53,476 nt of DNA from positions 1 through 53,476 of IMG/VR virus record IMGVR_UViG_3300017741_000006; one strand, written 5' to 3'. The notes beneath the pieces are model-generated. The model was not told where the DNA came from and did no database searches. It saw only the letters and a list, made by a program, of their open reading frames with translations. How positions within the stretch are numbered: position 1 is the first letter of the stretch; each line of letters begins with the position of its first letter. Shown here one piece after another: positions 34,078 to 43,819 of the stretch. This stretch comes from a virus. Lineage: Duplodnaviria > Caudoviricetes. The position numbers were made by a program, and so were the translations under genes.

Positions 34078-36116
34078 TACAAAGAGCAAAAAATACTAAT
34101 ATTATACATCTGTCAGCAGTACCACTAGAAATTAATAGTGTTACTGTAAAATCTGCTGGTAAAAATTTCTTTACCAATATTAATAACTATACACTAACTG
34201 GTAAGACAATTACTCTAAAGAAAGTGTATACAGAAATTAAAGTAGATTTTCTTACTCAGCAAGAAAAACAAGATTCTCAAGCAGTAGATAAAGGTGATTT
34301 TAATTTTAAACTATTAAATATAGGTAAAACAAATCCACTTGATCTTATTACTGCATCATCGAAGACTGCACAGTCAAATCGAATTGCGGTACAAGGATCA
34401 AAAGCTATTGATGTAAATCAGTTACTTGGTGGTTTCCTCACACTTTCAAAGAACACTAAACAAAATCAAACTGTTACTGATGAGCCGGTTGTTTCTATTA
34501 TTACTGACGGTGTACCAAATGTTACTGTTAAAAAGACATCAGACGAAAAAGGTAATATTTCAATTTTAACTAATACTACCACAGAAGATGGTTTACTTAA
34601 TACGACTATTGTAACAGCAAATCCTGCTGGCATCAAAGCTGCATTAACTGATGTAATCGGTGTTTCAGAAAATCAAACAAAACTTGTGTTGCAACAAACA
34701 TCAACATCACCGGATAAAGTAACTACGGTTATTAATAAAGATATATCAACCGAAGTAATCAAAGATGCACAAACTATCATTAAAAAATCAAATCGTACTT
34801 TAGGTAATCCAGTTGGAAGTGATTTACCTTTCGGTTCATTAGGTAATAGTTTTGGTAATATATTAGGTGCAGTACTTGGTGCAATTAAAGGAATTCCTGC
34901 CGCAAAAAAATTCGGTGATGTTATGCCTGGCACACCTCCAGGACTTATAATTCCAGAAAATGTTACACCTCCTCAAAACATCATTGAGAAATCAGGTAAT
35001 ACTAACATAGCAGCAACTACTAAACCTACAAATAATGCTAGTCCTAACATTAAACCTACAAACAAACCCTATATTGTTTCATCAGCTGTATCTGGCTGGA
35101 AAGGAGTTACAACTCCTTTATCTACTGGTGAATATGTATTTGAGATCGTGCACACTACTGAAGAACTAGAAGCTGAATTAAGAAATAGTATACGTGATAT
35201 CACAACTGCTATTGTGCACTGGAGTAAGACACATAGTGATACTCCTCTTAATGCTAGAGACGTACATAAGCTACATATGGCTGAACAATGGGAAGCACTT
35301 GGTGCTGACGAAGATGCTCTTAAGATCTTAGTTGATCAGGGAGCTAAGAACGGTATCAATTGGCATTATGTTATTAAAAAAGATGGTACTATTCAAAGAG
35401 GCCGACCCCTTGATATAGAATCAGGAGAAACTGTTGGATTTACGGCTAATACGATACATATTGGATTTGTTGCGGGATACTCAGTTCCGTTTGGAACTCC
35501 TAATTCAGAGCTAACACTCGGGTCAGCATCTATTACATCTGAGCAATGGAAATCATTTGATCAGTTCTTAGAGGCATTCTATAAGGCTTATCCTGGAGGA
35601 GAAGTATTAGGCTATAGAGAAATAGATAAAACTACTTCTGCACCTGGATTTGATGTAAGTGCATATGCCGCAAGTAAATATGATAAGACATCTATATATG
35701 ATGATGCATCAACGTTGCATCAAGCTTATTCGCCAGAAGAGCAGATTAACGTAAAGCCAAAAACTGTGAAAAAGCCTTCGGCAACTACTATTGACATACC
35801 ACCTGATCCTGCAGAATTATCAGTAGCAGATGTAGATACTAAGCCTACTGATGCTAAACTTGAGCAAAATAGCAAAAGCTATTCTAAACTAGATCGCGAT
35901 CTAAAATCTCTACAAAGAGATATTGTTAATAATAAGTCATCGATTGAAGAATTAGAGAATTCTCCTGGCGCTGATCGATTAAAACTTATTACAAGAGTGA
36001 AGAACGATACAATACGTTTAGACGCAAAGCGTAATGAGTTAAATCAAATTAGAAAAGATTTAATAAATGATGGTTATACATATGATCATAAGAATGACAC
36101 TTGGAGTAAGACATAA
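34074..36116 (+). CDS. Virion protein with a degenerate T7-lysozyme/PGRP-like amidase domain
   Basis: IVHWS, WHYVI..DG.IQRGRP, IGF..G, Q, V.G.RE, PGFDV. Confidence 0.65.
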   Translation: MIQRAKNTNIIHLSAVPLEINSVTVKSAGKNFFTNINNYTLTGKTITLKKVYTEIKVDFLTQQEKQDSQAVDKGDFNFKLLNIGKTNPLDLITASSKTAQSNRIAVQGSKAIDVNQLLGGFLTLSKNTKQNQTVTDEPVVSIITDGVPNVTVKKTSDEKGNISILTNTTTEDGLLNTTIVTANPAGIKAALTDVIGVSENQTKLVLQQTSTSPDKVTTVINKDISTEVIKDAQTIIKKSNRTLGNPVGSDLPFGSLGNSFGNILGAVLGAIKGIPAAKKFGDVMPGTPPGLIIPENVTPPQNIIEKSGNTNIAATTKPTNNASPNIKPTNKPYIVSSAVSGWKGVTTPLSTGEYVFEIVHTTEELEAELRNSIRDITTAIVHWSKTHSDTPLNARDVHKLHMAEQWEALGADEDALKILVDQGAKNGINWHYVIKKDGTIQRGRPLDIESGETVGFTANTIHIGFVAGYSVPFGTPNSELTLGSASITSEQWKSFDQFLEAFYKAYPGGEVLGYREIDKTTSAPGFDVSAYAASKYDKTSIYDDASTLHQAYSPEEQINVKPKTVKKPSATTIDIPPDPAELSVADVDTKPTDAKLEQNSKSYSKLDRDLKSLQRDIVNNKSSIEELENSPGADRLKLITRVKNDTIRLDAKRNELNQIRKDLINDGYTYDHKNDTWSKT

Positions 36117-37537
36117 TGGCTGATATTCCTGAAATTAAACAGTTAACAGCTGTTGAGATCTCATCGATGAGTGATGAAAAATCGGCGTTTGATGATGCAT
36201 CAGGTGTAATGCCTAAACGCGACTATCTTAACGTTGCTAGTACTAACTTAGCATCACGTGGACTTAAGCGAAATTCTTTATATATTGGAGGAGGTGATCA
36301 TAATCTTAATTTAGATCTTCCTCCACAACTTAATTCTCAATATCCTTTAAATCAAGTAAGAGAAACTATATCAGGTCATGTCACAGAAATTGATGACACA
36401 CCTGGTAATGAACGAATGCTGTTTAAGCATAAGTCTGGATCAGGCGTAGAGTTTAGAGCAGATGGTTCATGTGTAATTTCATCAACAAACAATTCAGTAA
36501 GAGTAACGGTCGGTGATGATAAAGTAATTGTAGAAGGCGATGCACACTTATCGTATAATGGCAATTTAACAATGGATGTTACTGGTGACTTTGACCTAAA
36601 AGTTGGAGGAGATTATAATGTCCGCGTTGGTGGTGATAATACTGAAGAAGTAATTGGTTCTGTAAAGCAAAGAGTCCATCGAGATAAAGAATCAAATGTG
36701 CATCAGAATAGATCTGAGTATATCCTAGGTGTCACCACAGAGACGCGGTTAGGAGATCATAATACTATTGTTAAGGGTAACGTAAGAAATTATACAGAAG
36801 GATCTGTAGAGTTTCTTAATAGTGGTACGCTAACAATGACCGCTGAAAAAGAAATTATAATGTCTTCTCCTAATATCAATATTGGCGCTAACTCTTTAAC
36901 AGTTGTAGGTGATAGTGGCACAATTGGAGGCGAGAATATTATTGGATATGATTATAATCACTATACTGGCCACTCATTAACTGCTGGAGATACTATTTCA
37001 ACTAATACTGCAATTATAGAAGAACGAACAACTTGCACGGAGTTTGTAGGTTCATTAACCGGTAAGGCGTCATTTGCGGCTAAAGCTGACCAAGCAGCTT
37101 CTGCTCCTCTTGGTCCAGGATCGGGCGGAGGTTCACAGTCAACTGGTACACCTACTCCTGTAGATCCTAAGGCAACAGTATTACCTACGCCCGTAATTAT
37201 GACAGATTATATAACAAAGTCGAGTAAGGGTGCACGAATTGTAACTATCGATACTGGTGACGTTATGAAGAAACAATTAAATAAAAATGATGATTATGGT
37301 GGAGTTTCTGATCGTAAGTTGTCGACCGCTGAAATACGATCTAAGATGAGAGATACAAACACTTCATCAAATACGAAGTTTGTAGGGGCACAAATCGCAG
37401 AAGGTAAGCTATCTCCTACATATATTAATCAAATACCTCCTAAAATTGGTAGAACTGCAACTTTAGAAACACAACCTAGACGTGGTAAAAATCGTATAGG
37501 TCAATCTGACGGACAAATTGCAAGGTTCTTAACATGA
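36116..37537 (+). CDS. gp5 C-terminal beta-helix spike protein
   Basis: YP.NQV.ET.SGH..E.DDTPG.ER...H.SG...E, followed by V.GD 8-residue repeats. Confidence 0.8.
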   Translation: MADIPEIKQLTAVEISSMSDEKSAFDDASGVMPKRDYLNVASTNLASRGLKRNSLYIGGGDHNLNLDLPPQLNSQYPLNQVRETISGHVTEIDDTPGNERMLFKHKSGSGVEFRADGSCVISSTNNSVRVTVGDDKVIVEGDAHLSYNGNLTMDVTGDFDLKVGGDYNVRVGGDNTEEVIGSVKQRVHRDKESNVHQNRSEYILGVTTETRLGDHNTIVKGNVRNYTEGSVEFLNSGTLTMTAEKEIIMSSPNINIGANSLTVVGDSGTIGGENIIGYDYNHYTGHSLTAGDTISTNTAIIEERTTCTEFVGSLTGKASFAAKADQAASAPLGPGSGGGSQSTGTPTPVDPKATVLPTPVIMTDYITKSSKGARIVTIDTGDVMKKQLNKNDDYGGVSDRKLSTAEIRSKMRDTNTSSNTKFVGAQIAEGKLSPTYINQIPPKIGRTATLETQPRRGKNRIGQSDGQIARFLT

Positions 37538-38157
37538 TATATTTACCAGATCAATCATATAATCCAGAGTATCAACCAAAGATTACTTCACGGGTTAAGT
37601 TAGCACCAGGTATAACTATAGCTAAATTTCTTGGCGGCTATGGCGATCAAGTTACATTAGCTCATATTGAAACTGAAGCAGAAAAGCTAAACATTGCAAA
37701 GCATTTGTATATGCATGCACAAGCGATGCGCACGATCGATACTCACCAAGGTGAGTTTGCCGATTTTAGATTAATTGTAGCTGAAGGTTTATATCGTAAA
37801 GCGCCGGATGAAGTGCTTGACATTAATAGCATTAATTATAAAATGACTTTAGGTCAAGCAGTAGTATATGAATTACTTGATTTTAGTGGTCAAACAAATT
37901 TAGAAAAAGTATTTGACCTTGCAGTGTTTTGGAAAGATAATTTACAATTTGAAAAGCTTATTTTAGATTATGACACATATAACCCAGATGGATCAGTAAA
38001 TGGCCAAGTTATTTTAATTATGCCTGAAATTTCTGCTAACTGGGAATTACAATATAAAAATAAAATAGAAACGCGCTTCAATAATTTTGTACAAAGTACA
38101 AATGAATTGATTGAAATTAAAAACGATGAAACTGAAGAAAACGTAAAAGTTTACTAA
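37534..38157 (+). CDS. Hypothetical baseplate-region protein (possibly degenerate peptidase M15-like)
   Basis: GLYR, GQAV..., F.KLILDY pattern; position between gp5 and gp25. Confidence 0.45.
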   Translation: MIYLPDQSYNPEYQPKITSRVKLAPGITIAKFLGGYGDQVTLAHIETEAEKLNIAKHLYMHAQAMRTIDTHQGEFADFRLIVAEGLYRKAPDEVLDINSINYKMTLGQAVVYELLDFSGQTNLEKVFDLAVFWKDNLQFEKLILDYDTYNPDGSVNGQVILIMPEISANWELQYKNKIETRFNNFVQSTNELIEIKNDETEENVKVY

Positions 38158-38171
38158 TAAATAGATAAGTT

Positions 38172-38615
38172 ATGCCAGTACGTTCATTTGCAATCGAAGA
38201 TGGAAATATCAACTCTTCAACGTTAGTTGTAGCGCGCAAACGCGTCTATAAAGATCTAGATTTGTCTTTTGCAAAAAAACCTGACAATGATGTGTATAAA
38301 AAAATAGATGCTGCAGCAGTTAAGCAGTCGGTAAAAAATATTTTATTAACTAATAGTACTGAAAAGCCGTTCGCACCTAACTTTGGAGGTAATCTAAATA
38401 ATTTTCTATTTAATTTAGATACCGAATTTGATTTAGATTTACTTGAAGATCAAATTATACAAAGGGTGGATATGTTTGAGCCGCGCGCAAAGATTGTAAA
38501 TGTGGATTTGCGAGTTAGTGGAAACTACAACACTGTTAATGCGTCCGTAACATTTAGAATTTTAAGTACTAATGAAGAAGATACAATTGAATTAAATTTA
38601 ACGAGGTTAAGATAA
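38172..38615 (+). CDS. gp25: Baseplate wedge subunit gp25
   Basis: YKDLDLSF, AVKQSVKNILLT...EKPF.P.FG, FEPR. Confidence 0.92.
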   Translation: MPVRSFAIEDGNINSSTLVVARKRVYKDLDLSFAKKPDNDVYKKIDAAAVKQSVKNILLTNSTEKPFAPNFGGNLNNFLFNLDTEFDLDLLEDQIIQRVDMFEPRAKIVNVDLRVSGNYNTVNASVTFRILSTNEEDTIELNLTRLR

Positions 38616-40448
38616 ATGGCCACTACAATTAAATCAGCTGATCTTGATTTTAACACGATTAAAACTCGATTAAAAGATTATCTGAAATCTAAAACAGAAT
38701 TTGCTGACTATGATTTTGAGGCGGCCGGTCTTTCTAATTTGTTAGATGTATTGGCGTATAATACACATGTAAATGGTCTAACAGCTAACTTTGCTCTTAA
38801 CGAATCGTTTCTTAATACTGCACAGCTAAGATCTTCTGTAGTATCTCATGCAGAAATGTTAGGCTATGTGCCTCTTTCTATGGTTTCTTCAAGAGCATTT
38901 CTTAATCTTTCTCTTTTAGTATCTGCCGCAGTTAGGCCGACGACTATTACACTTCCTAAAGGTACCTCTTTTTCTGCTGATGCAGGTGGTGTTTCATATA
39001 CATTTAGTACGCTAGAAGCATATACTGGAATTGATAATGGCAGTGGAGTATATGAATTTCTTACAAGCACTGGTGACAATTCTATTCCTGTACATGAAGG
39101 TGAAAAAAGAACTAAAACATTTTTTGTGGGTGAAAAAACAGAACAACAAGTTTATGTGATTCCAGATTTAACAATGGATACTCAAACGCTTGATGTACAG
39201 GTATTTGAAACCTCTTCAAGTTCTGGATTTGAAGTATATACGAATGTAAATACAGCTATTCGCATTGATGAAACATCGAGACATTACCAAATTAAAGAAG
39301 TGCCTAACGGATACTATGAAATTATATTTAGTGATGGACACACTATTGGTAAAGCTCCAGAAGCCGGTAATAAAATTGTAGTTACGTATTTGTCATCATC
39401 CGGTGAAACAGCAAATACTGCTACAGTCTTTTCACCTTCTGCCAATGTTGTTATTGATGGAATAGATTATCCACTTACTGTAGTAACAGAAGCCGGATCA
39501 GCTTCTGGTTCTCAAAGAGAAGAAATAGAATCAATAAGAGCAAATGCTCCACTTCTATTTTTGTCACAACAAAGATTAGTTACTGCACAAGATTATACTG
39601 CACAAATTTTAGCAAAATATAATCATGTAGTTGATGATGTTGTTTCATGGGGCGGAGAAGACAATAGCCCACCTGAATATGGTAAAGTATACGTTAGTCT
39701 TAAATTTAAAGATGGTACATCAACAATAGTGCAAGAAGCAACAAAAAGTGACATAATCACTACGTTAACTGACAATCTTTCTGTTATGTCAATTAGTACT
39801 GAATATGTAGATGTAGTCGAAACATTCCTTGAAGTGGAAACAATTTTCAACTTCGATCCGGATCTTACTACAGCGTCTCCGAAAGCTACAGAAAATGCCG
39901 TGTTTGCTACAGTACAAAATTATTTTGAAGACAATTTAAACTTATTTGATAAAGTATTTAGAAGGTCTAATCTTTTATCTCTTATTGATGTACTTGATGA
40001 GTCAATTTTAAATACAAAAATTAATGTTAAAATGCAGCAGCGTTTTACTCCTGTCGTTGGCCAACCTCTTACATATACTACAACTTTTCCTGCTGCCATT
40101 GCGACTCCAGATGATGAATTAGTAAGAGTATCAACGAGTAGATTTACTTTTAATTCTAGGCCTTGTTTTATCCGTAATAAGTTAGGCTCTAATAAACTAC
40201 AAATTATTAACGCCGACGGTCAAGTTGAAGTAGATAATATTGGTACATATTTTCCAGGATTTGGTATTGTTAGATTAGAAGGATTTAATCCTATTTCTAT
40301 AGAAGGCGGTACAAGTATTAAAATTTCAGTTACACCTGGAAATCAAAGTACAGTCAGACCTCTTCGTAACTATGTTCTTAAGATTGATACTCAACTATCT
40401 AGTGCAATTGCTCAAATAGATTATCAGAACACTCAAACGTCATTATAA
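38616..40448 (+). CDS. gp6: Baseplate wedge subunit gp6
   Basis: DYDFE..GLS.LLDVLAYNTH, NESFL..AQLRSSVVSHA..LGY, QRLVTA.DY, WGGE...PP.YGKV. Confidence 0.93.
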   Translation: MATTIKSADLDFNTIKTRLKDYLKSKTEFADYDFEAAGLSNLLDVLAYNTHVNGLTANFALNESFLNTAQLRSSVVSHAEMLGYVPLSMVSSRAFLNLSLLVSAAVRPTTITLPKGTSFSADAGGVSYTFSTLEAYTGIDNGSGVYEFLTSTGDNSIPVHEGEKRTKTFFVGEKTEQQVYVIPDLTMDTQTLDVQVFETSSSSGFEVYTNVNTAIRIDETSRHYQIKEVPNGYYEIIFSDGHTIGKAPEAGNKIVVTYLSSSGETANTATVFSPSANVVIDGIDYPLTVVTEAGSASGSQREEIESIRANAPLLFLSQQRLVTAQDYTAQILAKYNHVVDDVVSWGGEDNSPPEYGKVYVSLKFKDGTSTIVQEATKSDIITTLTDNLSVMSISTEYVDVVETFLEVETIFNFDPDLTTASPKATENAVFATVQNYFEDNLNLFDKVFRRSNLLSLIDVLDESILNTKINVKMQQRFTPVVGQPLTYTTTFPAAIATPDDELVRVSTSRFTFNSRPCFIRNKLGSNKLQIINADGQVEVDNIGTYFPGFGIVRLEGFNPISIEGGTSIKISVTPGNQSTVRPLRNYVLKIDTQLSSAIAQIDYQNTQTSL

Positions 40449-40451
40449 GAT

Positions 40452-41381
40452 ATGTCACATAAACTTAAAGATCTAGGCCGTAGAACTATAAACTTCAGAA
40501 AAAGAAGTGTAAAAGAAGTTCTGCCTGAATATTTTGTATCAGAATACCCAGACTTTATTAAAGTGTTAGAATACTATTATGATTTTCTTGATTCAGACGG
40601 CGCTCATGCATTCGATACAGAAATTAGACAATTAAACTCTATTAGAGATATTGGAGAAACTCCTGAAGAATATCTAAATTTACTTATTAATGAAACGACA
40701 TCGTTGCAAGGTGGAGGATTATTTAAAGATCCGCGCTTTACAATGCGCAGATTTGCTGATAGCTATCGAAATAAAGGTTCTCGCTTTTCACTTGAAGAAT
40801 TCTTTCAGGCTTTTTATCAAAAAACTGCAGAAGTAGAATATCCTAAGAAAGATATTTTCCAGGTAGGTGAATCTAAGATTGGTTATGATTCTGAAAAATA
40901 TATTACAAATAATAAAAAATATCAAATATTTTCAATTTTGGTTAAAGTTGGGTTAGGTACATCTCAATACGAAAGCTTATATAAAAAGTTTGTACATCCG
41001 GCTGGATTTTATTTCGAAGGTGAGGTAACTACTGAAGATGAAGCAAAATTGAATAGTATACAAATTACGTCTGAAGCTGGATCGTTTATTGGGCTGATTC
41101 AATCAGAGGCTACCGTTGCTCCGGAAATCTTTGTATCAACAACTGGGCTGGTTGATTCTGATAATAGAACATATCGCTACGATTTAACTACACTAATTTC
41201 AGCGTATAGCACAGCAACAGCAGCTCAGCTTGATGCACAATACGAATCAATTGCTCAACTTATTACACCTAACTCGTTTACGTTTGATGATAGTGATACG
41301 ATTAGACCTTCTCTCGATAATGTTATTGAGACAATGGACAATGATATGTTCACTAGATACCTTAGTGATTCATCATTCTAG
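40452..41381 (+). CDS. gp7: Short baseplate wedge initiator (gp7-like)
   Basis: LPEY....YP.F...LE.YY, Y..KGS, YP, YQ.FS, VHPAGF. Confidence 0.6.
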   Translation: MSHKLKDLGRRTINFRKRSVKEVLPEYFVSEYPDFIKVLEYYYDFLDSDGAHAFDTEIRQLNSIRDIGETPEEYLNLLINETTSLQGGGLFKDPRFTMRRFADSYRNKGSRFSLEEFFQAFYQKTAEVEYPKKDIFQVGESKIGYDSEKYITNNKKYQIFSILVKVGLGTSQYESLYKKFVHPAGFYFEGEVTTEDEAKLNSIQITSEAGSFIGLIQSEATVAPEIFVSTTGLVDSDNRTYRYDLTTLISAYSTATAAQLDAQYESIAQLITPNSFTFDDSDTIRPSLDNVIETMDNDMFTRYLSDSSF

Positions 41382-41389
41382 TATAAATA
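41382..41389 (+). promoter_or_regulatory. T4 late promoter
   Basis: Exact intergenic TATAAATA. Confidence 0.75.
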
Positions 41390-41418
41390 GAAACAAGAAG
41401 TTTATATAGGACTAAATA

Positions 41419-42420
41419 ATGACTAGACAAAATTTATCGACAGGCACTACTGCAAATGATGGTACAGGTGATACCTTACGAAGCGGCGCGACTAAAATTA
41501 ACGCTAATTTTGTAGAGCTGTACAAAGCCTTTGGAGGTGATAGTAATATCCTAGCTCCAGGTATTGCCTTTGATAGTAACGGTATTATTTTTGAAGGTAC
41601 GGTTGTTGATGCAAATCAGCTTACATTGAGTGCTGCAACATTATCGGCTGATCATACGCAGGTATTACCTAATGCGTCTGGTAATATCGTAGTTGATACT
41701 GCTACTCAAACGCTGACTAATAAAACAATTACTACCCCAACTATGACAAACCCTACAATTGAAGACGCAACTTCAAGCTATAACTATAATGTTACTGCAT
41801 CAGCACTAAGTGGTAATCGTACAGTCACACTTCCAGCACTGTCTACAAATGACACGATTACATTTAATGCGCAAACACAAACATTGACAAATAAAACATT
41901 AACTTCACCAACAATAACTACTCCTACAGTTGCAACTCATATTAAAGATACTAATGGCGCCATACTCTTAACGACTACACCAGGCACATCGGCAGTTAAT
42001 AACTTAGCTATTGAAAACGCGGGATATAGTAATAATCCTAAGTTAAGTGTAGAAGGTGCAGATCCTAATATTAGTATGAGTGTATCTTCAAAAGGTACAG
42101 GTGCGGTCTTTACTACAAAGCTAGCATATGATACTGCTGTCATGACAAACAATGGTACTGCTGATCAAACAAAGACATATATACAATTTAATAGAGCAAC
42201 AGCTCTTTCTGCTACTCTTGCAGACGGTACAATAATTGGTGAAATTAAAATCTTTACAAATAAAAATACTGGAACTGCAACAGTAATTCCAACTAATTTT
42301 GCTCAAGGTACATCATTTACGGTCACACAATATGGATCGGCTCAATGTATTTGGGATGGTACAAACTGGTATATGGTAGGTGGTGCTAGCGCGGCTCACG
42401 GCTATCTTGCAATTACATAA
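41419..42420 (+). CDS. Baseplate fibre connector (gp9/gp10-like N-terminus)
   Basis: G..ANDGTGDTLR.G..KIN.NF.ELY; TQTLTNKT repeated twice. Confidence 0.7.
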   Translation: MTRQNLSTGTTANDGTGDTLRSGATKINANFVELYKAFGGDSNILAPGIAFDSNGIIFEGTVVDANQLTLSAATLSADHTQVLPNASGNIVVDTATQTLTNKTITTPTMTNPTIEDATSSYNYNVTASALSGNRTVTLPALSTNDTITFNAQTQTLTNKTLTSPTITTPTVATHIKDTNGAILLTTTPGTSAVNNLAIENAGYSNNPKLSVEGADPNISMSVSSKGTGAVFTTKLAYDTAVMTNNGTADQTKTYIQFNRATALSATLADGTIIGEIKIFTNKNTGTATVIPTNFAQGTSFTVTQYGSAQCIWDGTNWYMVGGASAAHGYLAIT

Positions 42421-42432
42421 TAGGAAATAGAA

Positions 42433-43809
42433 ATGGCTGCTACTGTAACAAACAAACTTAAATTTCAATTACTTAATACACTGTATGATGAAGTTGTAAA
42501 TTCAACAAATCGGTATTATGTAGCGATTGGTAGATCAGAGGCATGGGATAGTGCTGAAACTGTACCTGCACCTCTTAATAGCCTAAGAGAAATTCGTAAC
42601 TTTAAGTTATCTGCACAATCAATTAAGCAAGTAACTGATGTATCATTTGTTATCCCTAGATATAATTGGTTAAGTGGCACAGTTTACTCATCATGGGATG
42701 ATAACTTATCAGCAATTCCTTCTAATTCATACTACGTAATTACAGAAGATAATCAAGTTTACATTTGCTTAAAGCAGGGTAAAACAGCTTTAGGTGCAGC
42801 AGTACAATCTACTGAAAAGCCGAGCGGTACAGGCACTAACCCAGTTAAAATGGCTGACGGTTACATTTGGAAATTTATGTACTCAATTTCTGGTGCATCT
42901 AGTGCTAAGTTTCTATCTGCGAACTTTATGCCAGTTGCTAAAATTTATGATTCTTCAGGTACACCCGGTATTATTGTAGGAGAACGAGAGCAAGCATTAA
43001 TTCAAGAAGCTGCAACTGGTGGACAAGTTTTAGGTATCTCTATTACTGACCAAGGTAATGGCTATACATCTGCACCTACTGTTACTATTGTAGGAAACGG
43101 TAAAAATGCTGCAGCCACTGCAACAGTATCAGCTGGTAAAGTAATTAACATTGAGCTTGATTCAAGTGCTGATAGTGCAATGACAATGGGATTTGGTTAT
43201 GACTTTGCTAGTATTACTATGACAGGTGGTGGTGGCGCGGGAGCAACCGCTAGAGCAATTCTTTCTACTGACTCAGGTATAGGTGGTAATGCAATTTCTG
43301 ATCTTCGCTCGTCATCTTTAATGTTTAACGTAAAGCCATCTGGTATTGAAAACGGTGACTTTATTGTTGCTAATCAAGATTTCAGGCAGGTTGCTTTAAT
43401 GAAGCGTCCTCGTAGGTATGCAGATTCTGATTATACAAATTCAACTGGAAGGTTATTAAGATATATTTCGCTTACCTCAGTTGCTGACACTGAAGCATTT
43501 GTAAGAGACGTTGTAATTACCGGCGCAACATCGGGTGCAAAGGCAATTATTGATGATATAGATAGTGATAGACTTTATGCACATCAAACTGAAATTACTG
43601 GTTTCTTACCATTTAATGAAGGTGAAACAATCACGGGTGGTGGCCAAACAGGCACATTAGTAGCCTCAGGTGTTGACGCCGACTCAGATGCATTTAGTAA
43701 TGATGATGTTGAAAGATTTAAGAATGACATTATCTACATTGAAAATAGAGCTCCTGTCGAAAGAACTCTTACACAGACCGAAGACATTAAAGCTGTAATT
43801 ACGCTATAG
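42433..43809 (+). CDS. gp8: Baseplate wedge subunit gp8
   Basis: Y..IGR...W, .PR..W..G..Y, VY.C, DGYIWKFMY, FMPV, FRQ, YIENR.P..R...QTEDIK.VI. Confidence 0.85.
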   Translation: MAATVTNKLKFQLLNTLYDEVVNSTNRYYVAIGRSEAWDSAETVPAPLNSLREIRNFKLSAQSIKQVTDVSFVIPRYNWLSGTVYSSWDDNLSAIPSNSYYVITEDNQVYICLKQGKTALGAAVQSTEKPSGTGTNPVKMADGYIWKFMYSISGASSAKFLSANFMPVAKIYDSSGTPGIIVGEREQALIQEAATGGQVLGISITDQGNGYTSAPTVTIVGNGKNAAATATVSAGKVINIELDSSADSAMTMGFGYDFASITMTGGGGAGATARAILSTDSGIGGNAISDLRSSSLMFNVKPSGIENGDFIVANQDFRQVALMKRPRRYADSDYTNSTGRLLRYISLTSVADTEAFVRDVVITGATSGAKAIIDDIDSDRLYAHQTEITGFLPFNEGETITGGGQTGTLVASGVDADSDAFSNDDVERFKNDIIYIENRAPVERTLTQTEDIKAVITL

Positions 43810-43819
43810 GATAATTCAA

